NCBI GenBank assembly: GCA_018668635.1
Contig: JABJCN010000172.1
Span: 15,716-79,715, forward strand
DNA: 64,000 bases
Direction: 5' to 3'
DNA from: Opitutia bacterium
Lineage (GTDB): Bacteria > Verrucomicrobiota > Verrucomicrobiia > Opitutales > JABJCN01
Position 1 is the first letter of the stretch; each line of letters begins with the position of its first letter. This document shows, piece by piece, positions 16,801-25,833 of this stretch. The notes beneath the pieces are model-generated. The model searched no databases. It was not told the origin of the DNA and saw only the letters and a program-made list of their open reading frames with translations. The position numbers were made by a program, and so were the translations under genes.

Positions 16801-17186
16801 CGGAATTGAAGCTCAATCTCAAGAGGAAGGAGACTGTGGCAGTCACCATATGGGTCCTTGTCATAGCCGCCGGAATTGCCCTTTTAAGGATTGGTTACCA
16901 TGATCGTGTACGGGTGGCACTTGGATTGATTGCATTGACCGGCCTATGGTACCTGTTCCACCCCTTGTATGCAGGAGCCGTAGCCAGGCATATATTATTC
17001 CCGTCCGCCCTTGTCATTCTCCTATGGATTGGCCAGTTGCTGTTTTGGTCCCTGCCAAGGAGACTGAAAGCCGGGCGAACTGAATTCCTTGATGCAGAGG
17101 CAAGGAAGAAACCGGAGGAAACAACTGAACCCGATCCCGATAACGGGTTAGGAACATCCAGTGATCAGAAGGAAGACGAGCAATGA
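13815..17186 (+). CDS. Giant envelope protein A (1123 aa): signal peptide, ~1000-aa beta-rich ectodomain, three C-terminal TM helices, acidic tail; no family recognised
   Basis: Continuous ORF. The probable true start is the ATG at 13854 or 13872 (MKILKLLVFLIGLCPLLQG). The N-terminal motif is RVYIPYKDLENVLGKKNQGVFLPYEDFQNLW. The C-terminal helices are VAVTIWVLVIAAGIALLRI, VALGLIALTGLWYLFHPLY and ILFPSALVILLWIGQLLFWSL. The stop overlaps the next start (ATGA at 17183-17186). Confidence 0.8.
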   Translation: MSQVHGGYDILFVMKVSIPMKILKLLVFLIGLCPLLQGQSANPLPDRVYIPYKDLENVLGKKNQGVFLPYEDFQNLWKAARGKPAKVKDADLSHLVSAARFKGTVKEKLAHIQLKLTVDILKEGWVTVPIGLGKVGVSSVELAPNAGDEVEKPLIRFQKNNYEILAKGPGRQILTIDFVRQLVTQPGRNLLQFTIPTAAINTLDLTIPEENLKVDVQPMLAASTTQAEQQGKGKATRLQAFLGQSGSVKLSWAPKSQAANDLDPVLVSTQNQHLQIGEALLQHEVDFQYEIRRRGMKNFRILVPSDYRVVAVEGANLEQWNLRDPTGNKEETRHNHLDVSLFSEIENSYRLKVRMEKFLKEAKADFPLVPIYTEGALRLSGLLGVSHAPRRSVELAELNEELVRVETTRLPEKWRKISGISAYRFTSGNYSAEVRTGVVEPRINLRQLWTLRVGKESLNLDGQLNYQIERAGVFSLAMSLPEGWEVEDIGPKNTIESFEVQGDAGDRTLTATLRKETSGLLQLQVQLRKPLTATDAPVTLNLPLPKKENLNRYSGQLILYVSEALRAETGNLQQLKSMPLRDAVRTYGKRQPNPGSGFNAVMSYNYSTVDLDAPLGATFKLAVKPAQVSAEFFRNVEIRPGNVSHEAIIRYQVRYAPADTFYLKYPASLADAGLQITGPDLKEKPRIESLPEDQSEPDQGTEAEQEWIYHKIVLQSPRTGLYDLRVNWRKPFQALAEGGDAVNVFPILAAGRLAGQSGSISVAKAPNLAIGTPEMENLQPADPSSPRDIPYASHRKNAVLAFRSDKPPFKLALPVVLQKDAEVYTAIINAAIHEQALARDGALNGRSLFLLSSNRGDRLKVTFPENTRIYAFMLNGKEIQVEAAEDNDSRIVRLPPSAGQVSKIVLETTYGLDKATSKNLPAPRLPEGVPVQRTWWRLWAPEDHQLLSYDRNFERPQYDSGLQAIFNETGSGHTNTASGFDPRGKLHQFEKQGDAAELKLNLKRKETVAVTIWVLVIAAGIALLRIGYHDRVRVALGLIALTGLWYLFHPLYAGAVARHILFPSALVILLWIGQLLFWSLPRRLKAGRTEFLDAEARKKPEETTEPDPDNGLGTSSDQKEDEQ

Positions 17187-20100
17187 ACCGTTCCCTCGCA
17201 AACTCCAGGGCAAGACCCGGAATTCCTGTTGCCTCTCCAGCAGACTCCAGACTGTTCTTTAAGGCATTCCTGCTTGTCATCTCCTCGCTTGGCCTCTTTT
17301 CCGACGAGCAACCAGGTCGCATCCACATTCCCATCGAGGACCTGTCTGCCGTCCGGGCCAAATATCCCAAGGCTGTTCTCCTTGATGCCATGGAGTATAA
17401 AAACCTTCGGACCCTGGTAAAAGCCCGGGAAAACCAGTCACAAAAACCCAGGGTTGCCGCCATTCGCAAGGCGAGTTACAGCACCATCATGGAGGACGGA
17501 TATTTGCGTCTTTCCGGCGATCTGGAATTTGTCTCGCTTGCCAATGAGGCAATCGACCTGGTCCTCCCGTTTGAGCAGATTGGCTTTGACCGCATCCAGC
17601 TTTCAGAAAATGCCGCACCCCTGTGGCTCGGCGACAAGGGCAAGCTTAACATTCGGCTCCCCGGTAACGGGACACATCACATTTCCCTAAAGGGTTTCAT
17701 ACCCCTGCAGGAAACGCCGGGAGGAGGCACCCGCTTCAATGTAAGGATTCCAGGAGCAGTCTCCGGCACGTTTACCCTGATGGTTTCGGGTGACCAGGAG
17801 ATCCATACCAATGTACCCGTTCTTCGAGAAGACTACGATTCCGTAGCCGGTAAAACCACTATCGAACTTGCCATCGGCGGGCATGAAAACATACAGGGCG
17901 TCCTTATTGGCAACGGCCATCGAGATGACCAGCGTGCCATACTTATCGGGAACTCCGCGACCACGATAACACTCGATCCCGCCGGACAGGTTCTGGATTC
18001 CCTTCAAACCCTTCAAGTCCTGCGCAAGGGGATCCGGGAGTTTACCTTCAGGATGGATCCGGGCTGGACAGTCACCGAGATCTCCTCGCCGGATCTCGTC
18101 CGATGGTCGGTCAAGGACGATAAAGATGGGACCCAGTTGTTGAGGGTGGATTTGCGCAACTCCACCACCGGAACCAAGACCATTCAATTCAGGGCACATG
18201 CCCCGCCGGCCGGTTTTGAATGGCCCGGTCCACGACTCGTGCTTCAAGACGCGGATTTCCAGCGCGGACATCTTCTGGTCGACCCCGGAACCTCCCGCAC
18301 GTTCCGGGCGGAGACGAAGAAAAACTCCCTGCGGCAGGACCTTTCAACTGCCAGCCGTGTCAATGGACTGACCTCATCCAACGGGCGTCTCTTTTTCCAC
18401 TGGGGCGATGAATGGGGACTTAATCTCTTGTTCGCACCGGTCGACCTTGAAAGGCATAGTGATGAACGCCAGCTACTGGTTGCCGCACCTTCAGGACTGT
18501 CACTTGAAAGCCAGTTCGAGGTAACGGCCGTTGGCCATGAGATGACACATCTTGTATTCAACCTTCCCTCAAAGGAACTGGATTGGGAATTGGCTTCCGT
18601 GAAACTGGACGGAAAAAGTGAAGGTTTTGACTACCGGATACAAGATATTCCGGAAGGTCAGGAACTGCGGATCAACCTTGCAAAATCAATCCCGCCTGAG
18701 GGACTGGCCAGCATTGGGCTTGTACTTCGAAGGATACCCCCTGAATGGAGCTCCTTCCTGTCCGGCAATTCCAACGTGGACTCAATCATGCAAGACTATC
18801 CCATTATCGACCTGGAGGCAGCAAAGACCAAGGGGCTGGTGGCCTTTGTCGCCAGGGGACACCTGGAGGTGGAGCCTGGGAATCTGCCAGAGGACTGGTC
18901 TCAGATCAATGTAGGGAAACTGGGGGCGCTTGGCTTGATAAACGAAGTGCGATCTGCAGCACGATATGTTGAGACAAATAACAACTCAATTTCACTTACA
19001 GTAAATCGTGCCGCCCCACGAATGAAAGCCACTTCAGCAGGATTATACACAATCCAGACCGGTAGCCTGCGGGGTGCATTCCGCATCAAGGTTGAGGTGT
19101 CCCGTGCCCCGGTGAGGCGCATTTTTGTCCTTGCAGAAAAATCACTGGGGCAGGAACTCAACTTGTCCGTACAAGGGCATAGATTATCATCAAGGCGCAT
19201 TGTTGAACCGGGCGGGAAGACCCTCATCCTTTCCGAATCGCAGATTGCCCGCTATAATCTCTGGCAGCTTGACCTGGATAAGCAGGTCGAGGGAACACTT
19301 CAGATCAATGTACAATTTCATTTGGCACAGGACGGTCCAAATCTCGATCTGCCCCTGGTGCGACTTGCCGGTGCAGATCAACTGACAGAGTTCGCCGCCA
19401 TTGAAGCAGGAGAGGAGTTTGAGATTGAAGTATCGTCAGAAGGCACCCGGGAAGTTGACCCCATCGACCTGCCGGAACTTCCAGTGCAGGCGCGAAGAAT
19501 TCTTTCTGCACATCGTTTCCTGCCGGAGACAACCTCTGGTGCAGGCGTAAAATTTAAATTGAGCTCGGGGACACTTGAGAATTATGCAATCCCATCGATC
19601 CTTGCTGTGGAAGCCTCCCTCAAGACACAGGTAGGTATTCGGGGATCACAACAAACGGAGGCACGCTGGCAGGTCGCCAATGTTTCCCGGCAATTCCTTG
19701 AAGTACGGCTCCCGGAAGATTCAGAACTTTGGTCCGCCCAGGTTGCCGGTGAACCGGTCAAGCCGAAATCAGGAAAGGAAGGTATCCTTTTACCTCTCCC
19801 ATTGACCCGTGAACCTGTGGAAATATCAGTGGTATTTTTTAAACACGGAGACGCAAGCGACCTCTCAGACTTGAAGCTGATGGCACCGGAACTTCCCGGT
19901 GTCCCGCTCAACGAGACCCGATGGGAGGTGATTCCCCCGGTGGGGTACCGCCTCTCGGACCATGATTCCAATCTAACCACTGATCCAGGGAAATTTAAAT
20001 TAAAGGAACCCACACTCTTCACAATTTTCAGGAATAGGAACAGTTGGAAGGACGGGGCTAATGTGGATGATGCAATGGCTCCAAAACAAATGATGGATGC

Positions 20101-23100
20101 CATCGAAGACGGAAAGACGGAGATGGAGAATATTGGAATCATAAGCTTTAATCAAATTCAAATGGAGATGCCTGCGGAGGAACAGAAAGCAGGTGAAAAA
20201 CTGAACAAAAAAGTCCCGACAAAACAGGGACCCCCACCGCCTCCTGTGGCAAATAAATCACCGACCAGGCCAGTCAAAAAAGAAATGTCCAACAAAGATG
20301 TGGCTGGTAAGGATTATGACCTGGCAGGCACATTAACAGGCAAGACTGGTCAAACCCGGATGCGCGGACGCTTCACGCTACCAGTCAACCTCGTCGTTTC
20401 CGGGAGTGGCACACATTTCCATGGACTTGGAAACCCGGAATTAATCGTAAAGTTTGCCCACAAGGGAAGGCATAACGATCATGCGGGCATTGGAACGGTA
20501 TTGGCCCTCATAATTGGGTTTTTGTTGTGGTTGAAACTGACCTTTAGGCAAAAATCTATCTATCTGTTGCTGGCTTTGCTGGTGTCAACCTTGACCACTC
20601 TCTGGATTCCCGGCATGGGTGAATTCGCCAACGGGTTCTTTATCGGCACGTTTATATGGAGTATTCTTTGGCCATCCTGGGCCTTGGGCTGGAGACTGCT
20701 GTGCTGGCTCTGGAAACTATTTGCCAAGACCCCTGCCTGCCATTTCCTGCGCCGACAGCTGTTCCGGATTGCCTGGGGGGGTCTTGCCATGGGTCTTTTC
20801 CACGTGGACGGATACATGGCAGAGGACCCAGCCATTCTTGTTCCCTATGGGAAGGAGGGGCCGAATGTTCGTGGCCAGGAGGAGCGGGTGCTTCTCCCCT
20901 ACGAAAATTTTGTGAGGCTCTGGAATCAGGCCCATCCCAATGAACCCCTGGATTTACACAAAAAACCGGCACGGGTTTTTCTTCGTGAACCGGTGTTTGA
21001 AGGCCGGCTTGTGAATGATGATACATTTGAAATCAAGCTGCGAGTCTCGGTTGAAGTCGATGCACCCGGAGTGGTTGACCTTCCACTTCCCTTTGGAAAT
21101 GTGGCGCTGCAGGAGTTGCTTCTTGACGGTGCCGCCGCACCGGTTGCGGCCCGTAGGGAAGGTGGCATTATCCTCCATATGAAAAATGAGGGCAAAGGTA
21201 TCCTTGAGGTGCGGGGAGTGACCAAGCCTGAAATCCGGGGGCGCGCCGGCAGCGTCAACCTGAAGATACCGGCGTTGCCTGCCGCAATTCTAAATGTGAA
21301 CCTTTTGGACCCCGAACTTGAACTGGAAGCCACTGGAACCATTTTTCAACCTACCCGCAAAGACAGTGAATGGCAACTGCCGGTGGGAAATCTACAAAAC
21401 CTAAATCTACGATGGAGACCAAAAGTTGGCTCGGGTTCAGAGGACCGTACCCTGACCGCTGCCACCTCACACCAGGTTCACGTCTTCCACTGGGGAATGA
21501 TTGGTGTTTCCACTGTAAACTACAGTTTTTCAGGCGGGGAACGGGACCAGTTTCACGTACTTCTTCCTTTCGGGGTACGCTTGAGCGAGCTCCAGAGCGC
21601 CAACCTCCGAGACCATCGTCCATCCAACAAGGTTCAAGTGGATGGAAACTTATTCCAGGCCGTTGATGTCCGACTCCATCGTGCAGTAAAAAAGCAACAC
21701 GAGTTGCAACTCCGGTGGATTGCTCCTTTCCCCATGGAAAATGTGGAATCACGGATCTGGCTTCCGCGGGCCGGCGATGTTGGCCGCGAATCTGGCCGGG
21801 TGGAGCTCCACACCTCCATGGGCGTTGGGATGAAGGTACACTCTGTCGAAGGAGGTCGCCGAATCAACCGTGCATCCGCCCGTCAGACCTTGAATGTGTC
21901 CGCGGATACCTCGAGGTTCGAGGGTTCCTACGAATGGCCTTACCGTCCATTTGCCTTAAAGTGGGAAGTCGAGCGAAAATCCGGGAGGGCGAAGACCGAA
22001 CTGAAACAATTGATCCGAATCTCCCCGGAGGAAGTCCAGCTTCTGGGCAATGTGACGGCAGAGGCCGAAGACGGGTTGATTTTCGGAAGTTCATTCCTGC
22101 TCCCCCAAGGCTACGATGTACTCAACGTGGTGGGCCCTGACATTGAACGTTGGCATATTCAGGAGGAAGGCATGGGGAATCTGTTACATGTCGACTATCG
22201 GGTAGCCAGGTTGAAAACGAGCCTCGCCATCGTACTATTGAACGAAGAACCCAAACTACAGGCATTCAATGCTCCCCTCATTCGGGCGACGACCCCGGAA
22301 GGGCAACTTATGGAGGACCAAAAGGGTCAAGTCGCTGTCCAGGTGGCCCCGGCCCTTGAGGCACGCACGCTCGAATCACACAGCCTTCGCCCTCGCCCGC
22401 GCTCAAGTGTTTCAGGATGGCTGGATGCCAGACAGGTCAACATGGTTCAGTTTGCTTACGATTCCGATGGCATGGATGCCTCACTGAAACTTGGCATTAG
22501 CCAGCGACCATCGAAGGTGGGATTGGAAATGTTGGCAGGCGTGCTCGTTGAAGAAACGGTGGCATACTACACCTACCGTCTTCGATATAACGTGGAAGGG
22601 TCCCCTCTGGACCGATTGCGGTTTACGCTTCCTGAGACTGTCGCAAAGGACGTCGCCCTGGTCTCTCCCGCGTTACGCGGCATTCAACATAAACCCATTG
22701 GTGATGGACTTCACCAATGGGAGGTATCCCTCGTCAATGAGGTCACCGGCCTTGTGGACATCGGCGTCAATTTTTCCAGACAAATTGGGCCGGATACTTC
22801 GTCTCTGGATATCCCCGAGCTGAAGACGAATGCTGATGCAGGCTACCGTGCCATACTTGCCGTACAGAATTTTTCTCGTCATCAATTGGAGTTAATGGGT
22901 TCTCCCGGAATAAGGGCCGCCACACTGGAAGAACAGCAGGATGTGCTGGATGAGCCAATTCGCCGCTCTCTTCAATTCGTTCACCAGAGCTTTCAACCGG
23001 GATGGGATGCCAGACTAGCCTTGACCTATGCCCAGGAGACAAAACGCCTTGAGGCAGTCATTGACCTTCTCTCGATGCGTACCTTTATCAGCAAGTCAGG

Positions 23101-24766
23101 GCGATGTGTTTATGAGGTGACCCTCTCCCTACAAAACCGGGCCGAGCAATTCATCGAACTGATGGTACCGGAACCCCTGAGGCTCTGGAGTGCTGAAGTG
23201 GATGGCCAGCCCGTCAAGCCTGTCTACCCCAAAGGCGCGGGTCTGGGGCGCGTGGCAATTCCCCTGGTAAAAACAACTGTGGCTGGCCTGCCCTTTGAGG
23301 CAAAGCTGTTTTTCGCCGGCAATCTTGGCATGAAGCTTAAATCCGGTGAAAAAGTCAAACCACCGGCAATCCAGGTTACAAACATTCCTGTAAAGCGAAC
23401 AAACTGGTCCCTGCAACTACCGGAGGATTTTGAATACCATGATCCGAAGGGAAATATGGATCCGGTGGCTGGAACGACGGAATTGCTGGCACTGGGTGTG
23501 GAGGCAAAGCTGGACCAGCTAAAACGCATTTCATCAAGTTCCTCAAGGAAGATGCGTTATGGCAAGAAAGGATATTATCTCAAGAAAAGCCTTTCAAAGG
23601 AACTGGCTGTCCTGGAAAAGCAAATCGACTTTAACAAGAAGGGTCTGGAACGCAACAGTAGAGATTTCAATGACGAGGAACGGGGGCGGCTTGACCGTCA
23701 GATATCCCAACAAAAAGTGATACTAAAGAACCTTAACGAGCAGCTTCAACAAAAGGATGGTGAAGTCGGAAACATAGCCATATTGAATGGATTTCTTAAC
23801 GATAGCCTCGTCAACCCGGGCATCTCGGAATGGGATAGAAACGGTGTGCTTAATAGGCTGCCGGAATTCGTCTCCAGTGCACAAGCCGGTCAGGTTGCCA
23901 ATCTCAATGTCGATTTCAGTAGCAACAGCGAACTTCTGAATACAACGACAGTTCAAAATGCGCCCAATCAAAGCAGGACGAATGCGCCTGCACCCATTCC
24001 ACAAGCCCAACAACAAATCTCGCAGGCGGCAGCGGTTCAGCAACGGCAGCAGTTGCATGCAGAAGGGCAATCCGCACAAGGGCTTCTGAGTATTGCAACC
24101 AGGCAGCCGATTGAGCAGCATTTTCAGTTTCATTCAAATGAATCGGCTGAATTGGCTGAGGAGAACCAACAAGAACTCACTTTGTCCGGGGGCACCATCA
24201 TGGATCTCAGCGGGCGTGCCCAACAGATTACCAAGCGACAGGAGTTTCTTTCACAACAACTGGGAAACCTCGCAGACAACCGGCTGAACCGATACTATCA
24301 AGGTAAAGGCAAGAATATCGCCAATGCCCGCAATCAGTCTGGGCAGTTACTTGATAGCCCCAATGGAATCAGTGAAAATATCGATGGATTGAAAGGATTC
24401 AAGTCGGACAATCTTTTTTCGAGGAACCCGGTAAATGCAAACATCAACGGAACTTATAAATCTGAAATTCACTCTCTTGACAAGGACCCGTTCGGAGGGG
24501 TTGGTGGCGGCGGGGCCGGGATTCCATTTGCATATGGGGGGATTAACACGCCTGTTAAGACAAGCGCCTACTCCCTATCCATCCAATTGCCGGAAGGCGG
24601 TCGTCAACTGGACTTCAGCTACCCGGGAAACAATCCAGTTATCAGCCTTCGTGTAAGGGACACCCAGGTTCGCTATCGAAACTATGCAACATTAGGATTG
24701 CTTGGTATCTTTGCTACAGTCTTCTCCATTGCCAAATGGTGGCAAAGAAAAAGAACGAATCGTTGA
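17183..24766 (+). CDS. Giant envelope protein B (2527 aa): two tandem copies of the protein-A-type module fused in one ORF
   Basis: Continuous 7.6-kb ORF. Module 1 begins RIHIPIEDLSAVRAKYPKAVLLDAMEYKNL. An internal TM cluster lies at about 20480-20815. Module 2 begins AILVPYGKEGPNVRGQEERVLLPYENFVRLW at about 20831. There is a terminal TM helix (LGLLGIFATVFSIAKWW). Both modules share LWSAxVxGxPVKP and RTxW..LP motifs with protein A. Confidence 0.8.
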   Translation: MNRSLANSRARPGIPVASPADSRLFFKAFLLVISSLGLFSDEQPGRIHIPIEDLSAVRAKYPKAVLLDAMEYKNLRTLVKARENQSQKPRVAAIRKASYSTIMEDGYLRLSGDLEFVSLANEAIDLVLPFEQIGFDRIQLSENAAPLWLGDKGKLNIRLPGNGTHHISLKGFIPLQETPGGGTRFNVRIPGAVSGTFTLMVSGDQEIHTNVPVLREDYDSVAGKTTIELAIGGHENIQGVLIGNGHRDDQRAILIGNSATTITLDPAGQVLDSLQTLQVLRKGIREFTFRMDPGWTVTEISSPDLVRWSVKDDKDGTQLLRVDLRNSTTGTKTIQFRAHAPPAGFEWPGPRLVLQDADFQRGHLLVDPGTSRTFRAETKKNSLRQDLSTASRVNGLTSSNGRLFFHWGDEWGLNLLFAPVDLERHSDERQLLVAAPSGLSLESQFEVTAVGHEMTHLVFNLPSKELDWELASVKLDGKSEGFDYRIQDIPEGQELRINLAKSIPPEGLASIGLVLRRIPPEWSSFLSGNSNVDSIMQDYPIIDLEAAKTKGLVAFVARGHLEVEPGNLPEDWSQINVGKLGALGLINEVRSAARYVETNNNSISLTVNRAAPRMKATSAGLYTIQTGSLRGAFRIKVEVSRAPVRRIFVLAEKSLGQELNLSVQGHRLSSRRIVEPGGKTLILSESQIARYNLWQLDLDKQVEGTLQINVQFHLAQDGPNLDLPLVRLAGADQLTEFAAIEAGEEFEIEVSSEGTREVDPIDLPELPVQARRILSAHRFLPETTSGAGVKFKLSSGTLENYAIPSILAVEASLKTQVGIRGSQQTEARWQVANVSRQFLEVRLPEDSELWSAQVAGEPVKPKSGKEGILLPLPLTREPVEISVVFFKHGDASDLSDLKLMAPELPGVPLNETRWEVIPPVGYRLSDHDSNLTTDPGKFKLKEPTLFTIFRNRNSWKDGANVDDAMAPKQMMDAIEDGKTEMENIGIISFNQIQMEMPAEEQKAGEKLNKKVPTKQGPPPPPVANKSPTRPVKKEMSNKDVAGKDYDLAGTLTGKTGQTRMRGRFTLPVNLVVSGSGTHFHGLGNPELIVKFAHKGRHNDHAGIGTVLALIIGFLLWLKLTFRQKSIYLLLALLVSTLTTLWIPGMGEFANGFFIGTFIWSILWPSWALGWRLLCWLWKLFAKTPACHFLRRQLFRIAWGGLAMGLFHVDGYMAEDPAILVPYGKEGPNVRGQEERVLLPYENFVRLWNQAHPNEPLDLHKKPARVFLREPVFEGRLVNDDTFEIKLRVSVEVDAPGVVDLPLPFGNVALQELLLDGAAAPVAARREGGIILHMKNEGKGILEVRGVTKPEIRGRAGSVNLKIPALPAAILNVNLLDPELELEATGTIFQPTRKDSEWQLPVGNLQNLNLRWRPKVGSGSEDRTLTAATSHQVHVFHWGMIGVSTVNYSFSGGERDQFHVLLPFGVRLSELQSANLRDHRPSNKVQVDGNLFQAVDVRLHRAVKKQHELQLRWIAPFPMENVESRIWLPRAGDVGRESGRVELHTSMGVGMKVHSVEGGRRINRASARQTLNVSADTSRFEGSYEWPYRPFALKWEVERKSGRAKTELKQLIRISPEEVQLLGNVTAEAEDGLIFGSSFLLPQGYDVLNVVGPDIERWHIQEEGMGNLLHVDYRVARLKTSLAIVLLNEEPKLQAFNAPLIRATTPEGQLMEDQKGQVAVQVAPALEARTLESHSLRPRPRSSVSGWLDARQVNMVQFAYDSDGMDASLKLGISQRPSKVGLEMLAGVLVEETVAYYTYRLRYNVEGSPLDRLRFTLPETVAKDVALVSPALRGIQHKPIGDGLHQWEVSLVNEVTGLVDIGVNFSRQIGPDTSSLDIPELKTNADAGYRAILAVQNFSRHQLELMGSPGIRAATLEEQQDVLDEPIRRSLQFVHQSFQPGWDARLALTYAQETKRLEAVIDLLSMRTFISKSGRCVYEVTLSLQNRAEQFIELMVPEPLRLWSAEVDGQPVKPVYPKGAGLGRVAIPLVKTTVAGLPFEAKLFFAGNLGMKLKSGEKVKPPAIQVTNIPVKRTNWSLQLPEDFEYHDPKGNMDPVAGTTELLALGVEAKLDQLKRISSSSSRKMRYGKKGYYLKKSLSKELAVLEKQIDFNKKGLERNSRDFNDEERGRLDRQISQQKVILKNLNEQLQQKDGEVGNIAILNGFLNDSLVNPGISEWDRNGVLNRLPEFVSSAQAGQVANLNVDFSSNSELLNTTTVQNAPNQSRTNAPAPIPQAQQQISQAAAVQQRQQLHAEGQSAQGLLSIATRQPIEQHFQFHSNESAELAEENQQELTLSGGTIMDLSGRAQQITKRQEFLSQQLGNLADNRLNRYYQGKGKNIANARNQSGQLLDSPNGISENIDGLKGFKSDNLFSRNPVNANINGTYKSEIHSLDKDPFGGVGGGGAGIPFAYGGINTPVKTSAYSLSIQLPEGGRQLDFSYPGNNPVISLRVRDTQVRYRNYATLGLLGIFATVFSIAKWWQRKRTNR

Positions 24767-24805
24767 AAATGCTATCTGCGTTGAGTCTCTCCTGTAATTC
24801 ACATT

Positions 24806-24839
24806 AGCTCGTTTGTAGGGATCCAACACGAAACCAGCT
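24806..24839 (+). terminator. Candidate stem-loop downstream of giant ORF B
   Basis: AGCTCGTTT...AAACCAGCT forms a ~9-bp stem with one mismatch around a 15-nt loop, 40 nt after the stop. There is no clear U-tract. Confidence 0.3.
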
Positions 24840-24969
24840 ATCGTTTCAGAAAAAATTGGGCATGCATCCAGAGCCTTAAAGGACCTTCATGGGCAACAAG
24901 TGAACAGCATGCTAATTATTAAACTATAGGGAGAAACCAGAGGCACGACAACATTCCTGTCATGGGTAG

Positions 24970-25833
24970 TTAACGGGCTTTTTTCTGGTAGGTAATGTTT
25001 CGTGTAAGGTTTTCCCTAGCCGCCTCAAGTTGCGGCTCGAGTTCATGGAGAAGATCAAGATTTCCCCGCTTGCGGGAACCCTCGACAAGAAGATCCAGTT
25101 TCCCCACAAGGGTCTGAAGGGTCATATGCGCGTCATTTCCACTGACCAAATTTTCATCAAGGATACGCTGTAATGCACGAACACGGAAACGATCCATCCC
25201 CCAGTGCATGGTGGACAACTGGTCATCATGCCCACCATATTTCCTGACAAGTTGCTGATCGAGAAAAAGGACCGGTTCGCGTGCGGTAATGCGCAACCAA
25301 AGATCATAATCCTCACAAACCTCAAGGGATTCGTCAAACTCACCCACATCGTGAAATAGTTCACGATGTAAAACCACACTAGAAGGCGATATGATACAAA
25401 GCGGCAGGCATCTTTTGAAGATTCGGCCACCGACCTTGGCATATTTATTGGTGGGATTGACTCGGACACCATCACGAATCCAAATTTCCTCGGTGTGACA
25501 AAGGCGATACTCCGGATGTGACTCCAAGGCATTCATTTGTGAATTCAATTTTCCGGGCAACCACTCGTCATCAGAATCGAGCAAGGCAATCCACTCACCG
25601 GACGCCGCCCGGATACCTGCATTTCTGGCGGCACTCACCCCTTTATTTTCCTGTTCGATCAAGTTGACAGACGGATAATCCTGCTGAATCGCATCAACCG
25701 TCTGATCCGTTGATCCATCATCAACAACTATCAATTCATAATCGTCATAAGATTGAGCAAGGACGGAACCCAAGGATCGGGGCAAGTAACCAAGACGATT
25801 AAAAGTAGGAATGATGACCGATACTTTAGGCAT
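24970..25833 (-). CDS. Family 2 glycosyltransferase
   Basis: MPKVSVIIPTFNRLGYLPRSLGSVLAQSYDDYELIVVDDGSTDQT plus the DSDDEW DxD motif. The ORF track extends to 25866; the internal Met at 25833 or 25842 fits the family N-terminus better. Confidence 0.85.
   Translation of the reverse strand: MPKVSVIIPTFNRLGYLPRSLGSVLAQSYDDYELIVVDDGSTDQTVDAIQQDYPSVNLIEQENKGVSAARNAGIRAASGEWIALLDSDDEWLPGKLNSQMNALESHPEYRLCHTEEIWIRDGVRVNPTNKYAKVGGRIFKRCLPLCIISPSSVVLHRELFHDVGEFDESLEVCEDYDLWLRITAREPVLFLDQQLVRKYGGHDDQLSTMHWGMDRFRVRALQRILDENLVSGNDAHMTLQTLVGKLDLLVEGSRKRGNLDLLHELEPQLEAARENLTRNITYQKKAR

Noticed and set aside
14033-24133. Antisense and alternate-frame ORFs within giant ORFs A and B (for example 17687..18271 at 194 aa, 19582..20142 at 186 aa, 15757..16236, 20926..21342, 23723..24133)
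   Set aside because: They are embedded in the two long ORFs whose three-fold internal paralogy supports the plus-strand frames. They have no independent motifs or start contexts.
13815-24766. Reading the giant proteins as RTX, cadherin or Ig-repeat adhesins, or as autotransporters
   Set aside because: There are no short tandem Ig, cadherin or GGxGxD repeats and no C-terminal beta-barrel. The repeat unit is instead a >1000-aa module ending in alpha-helical TM segments.
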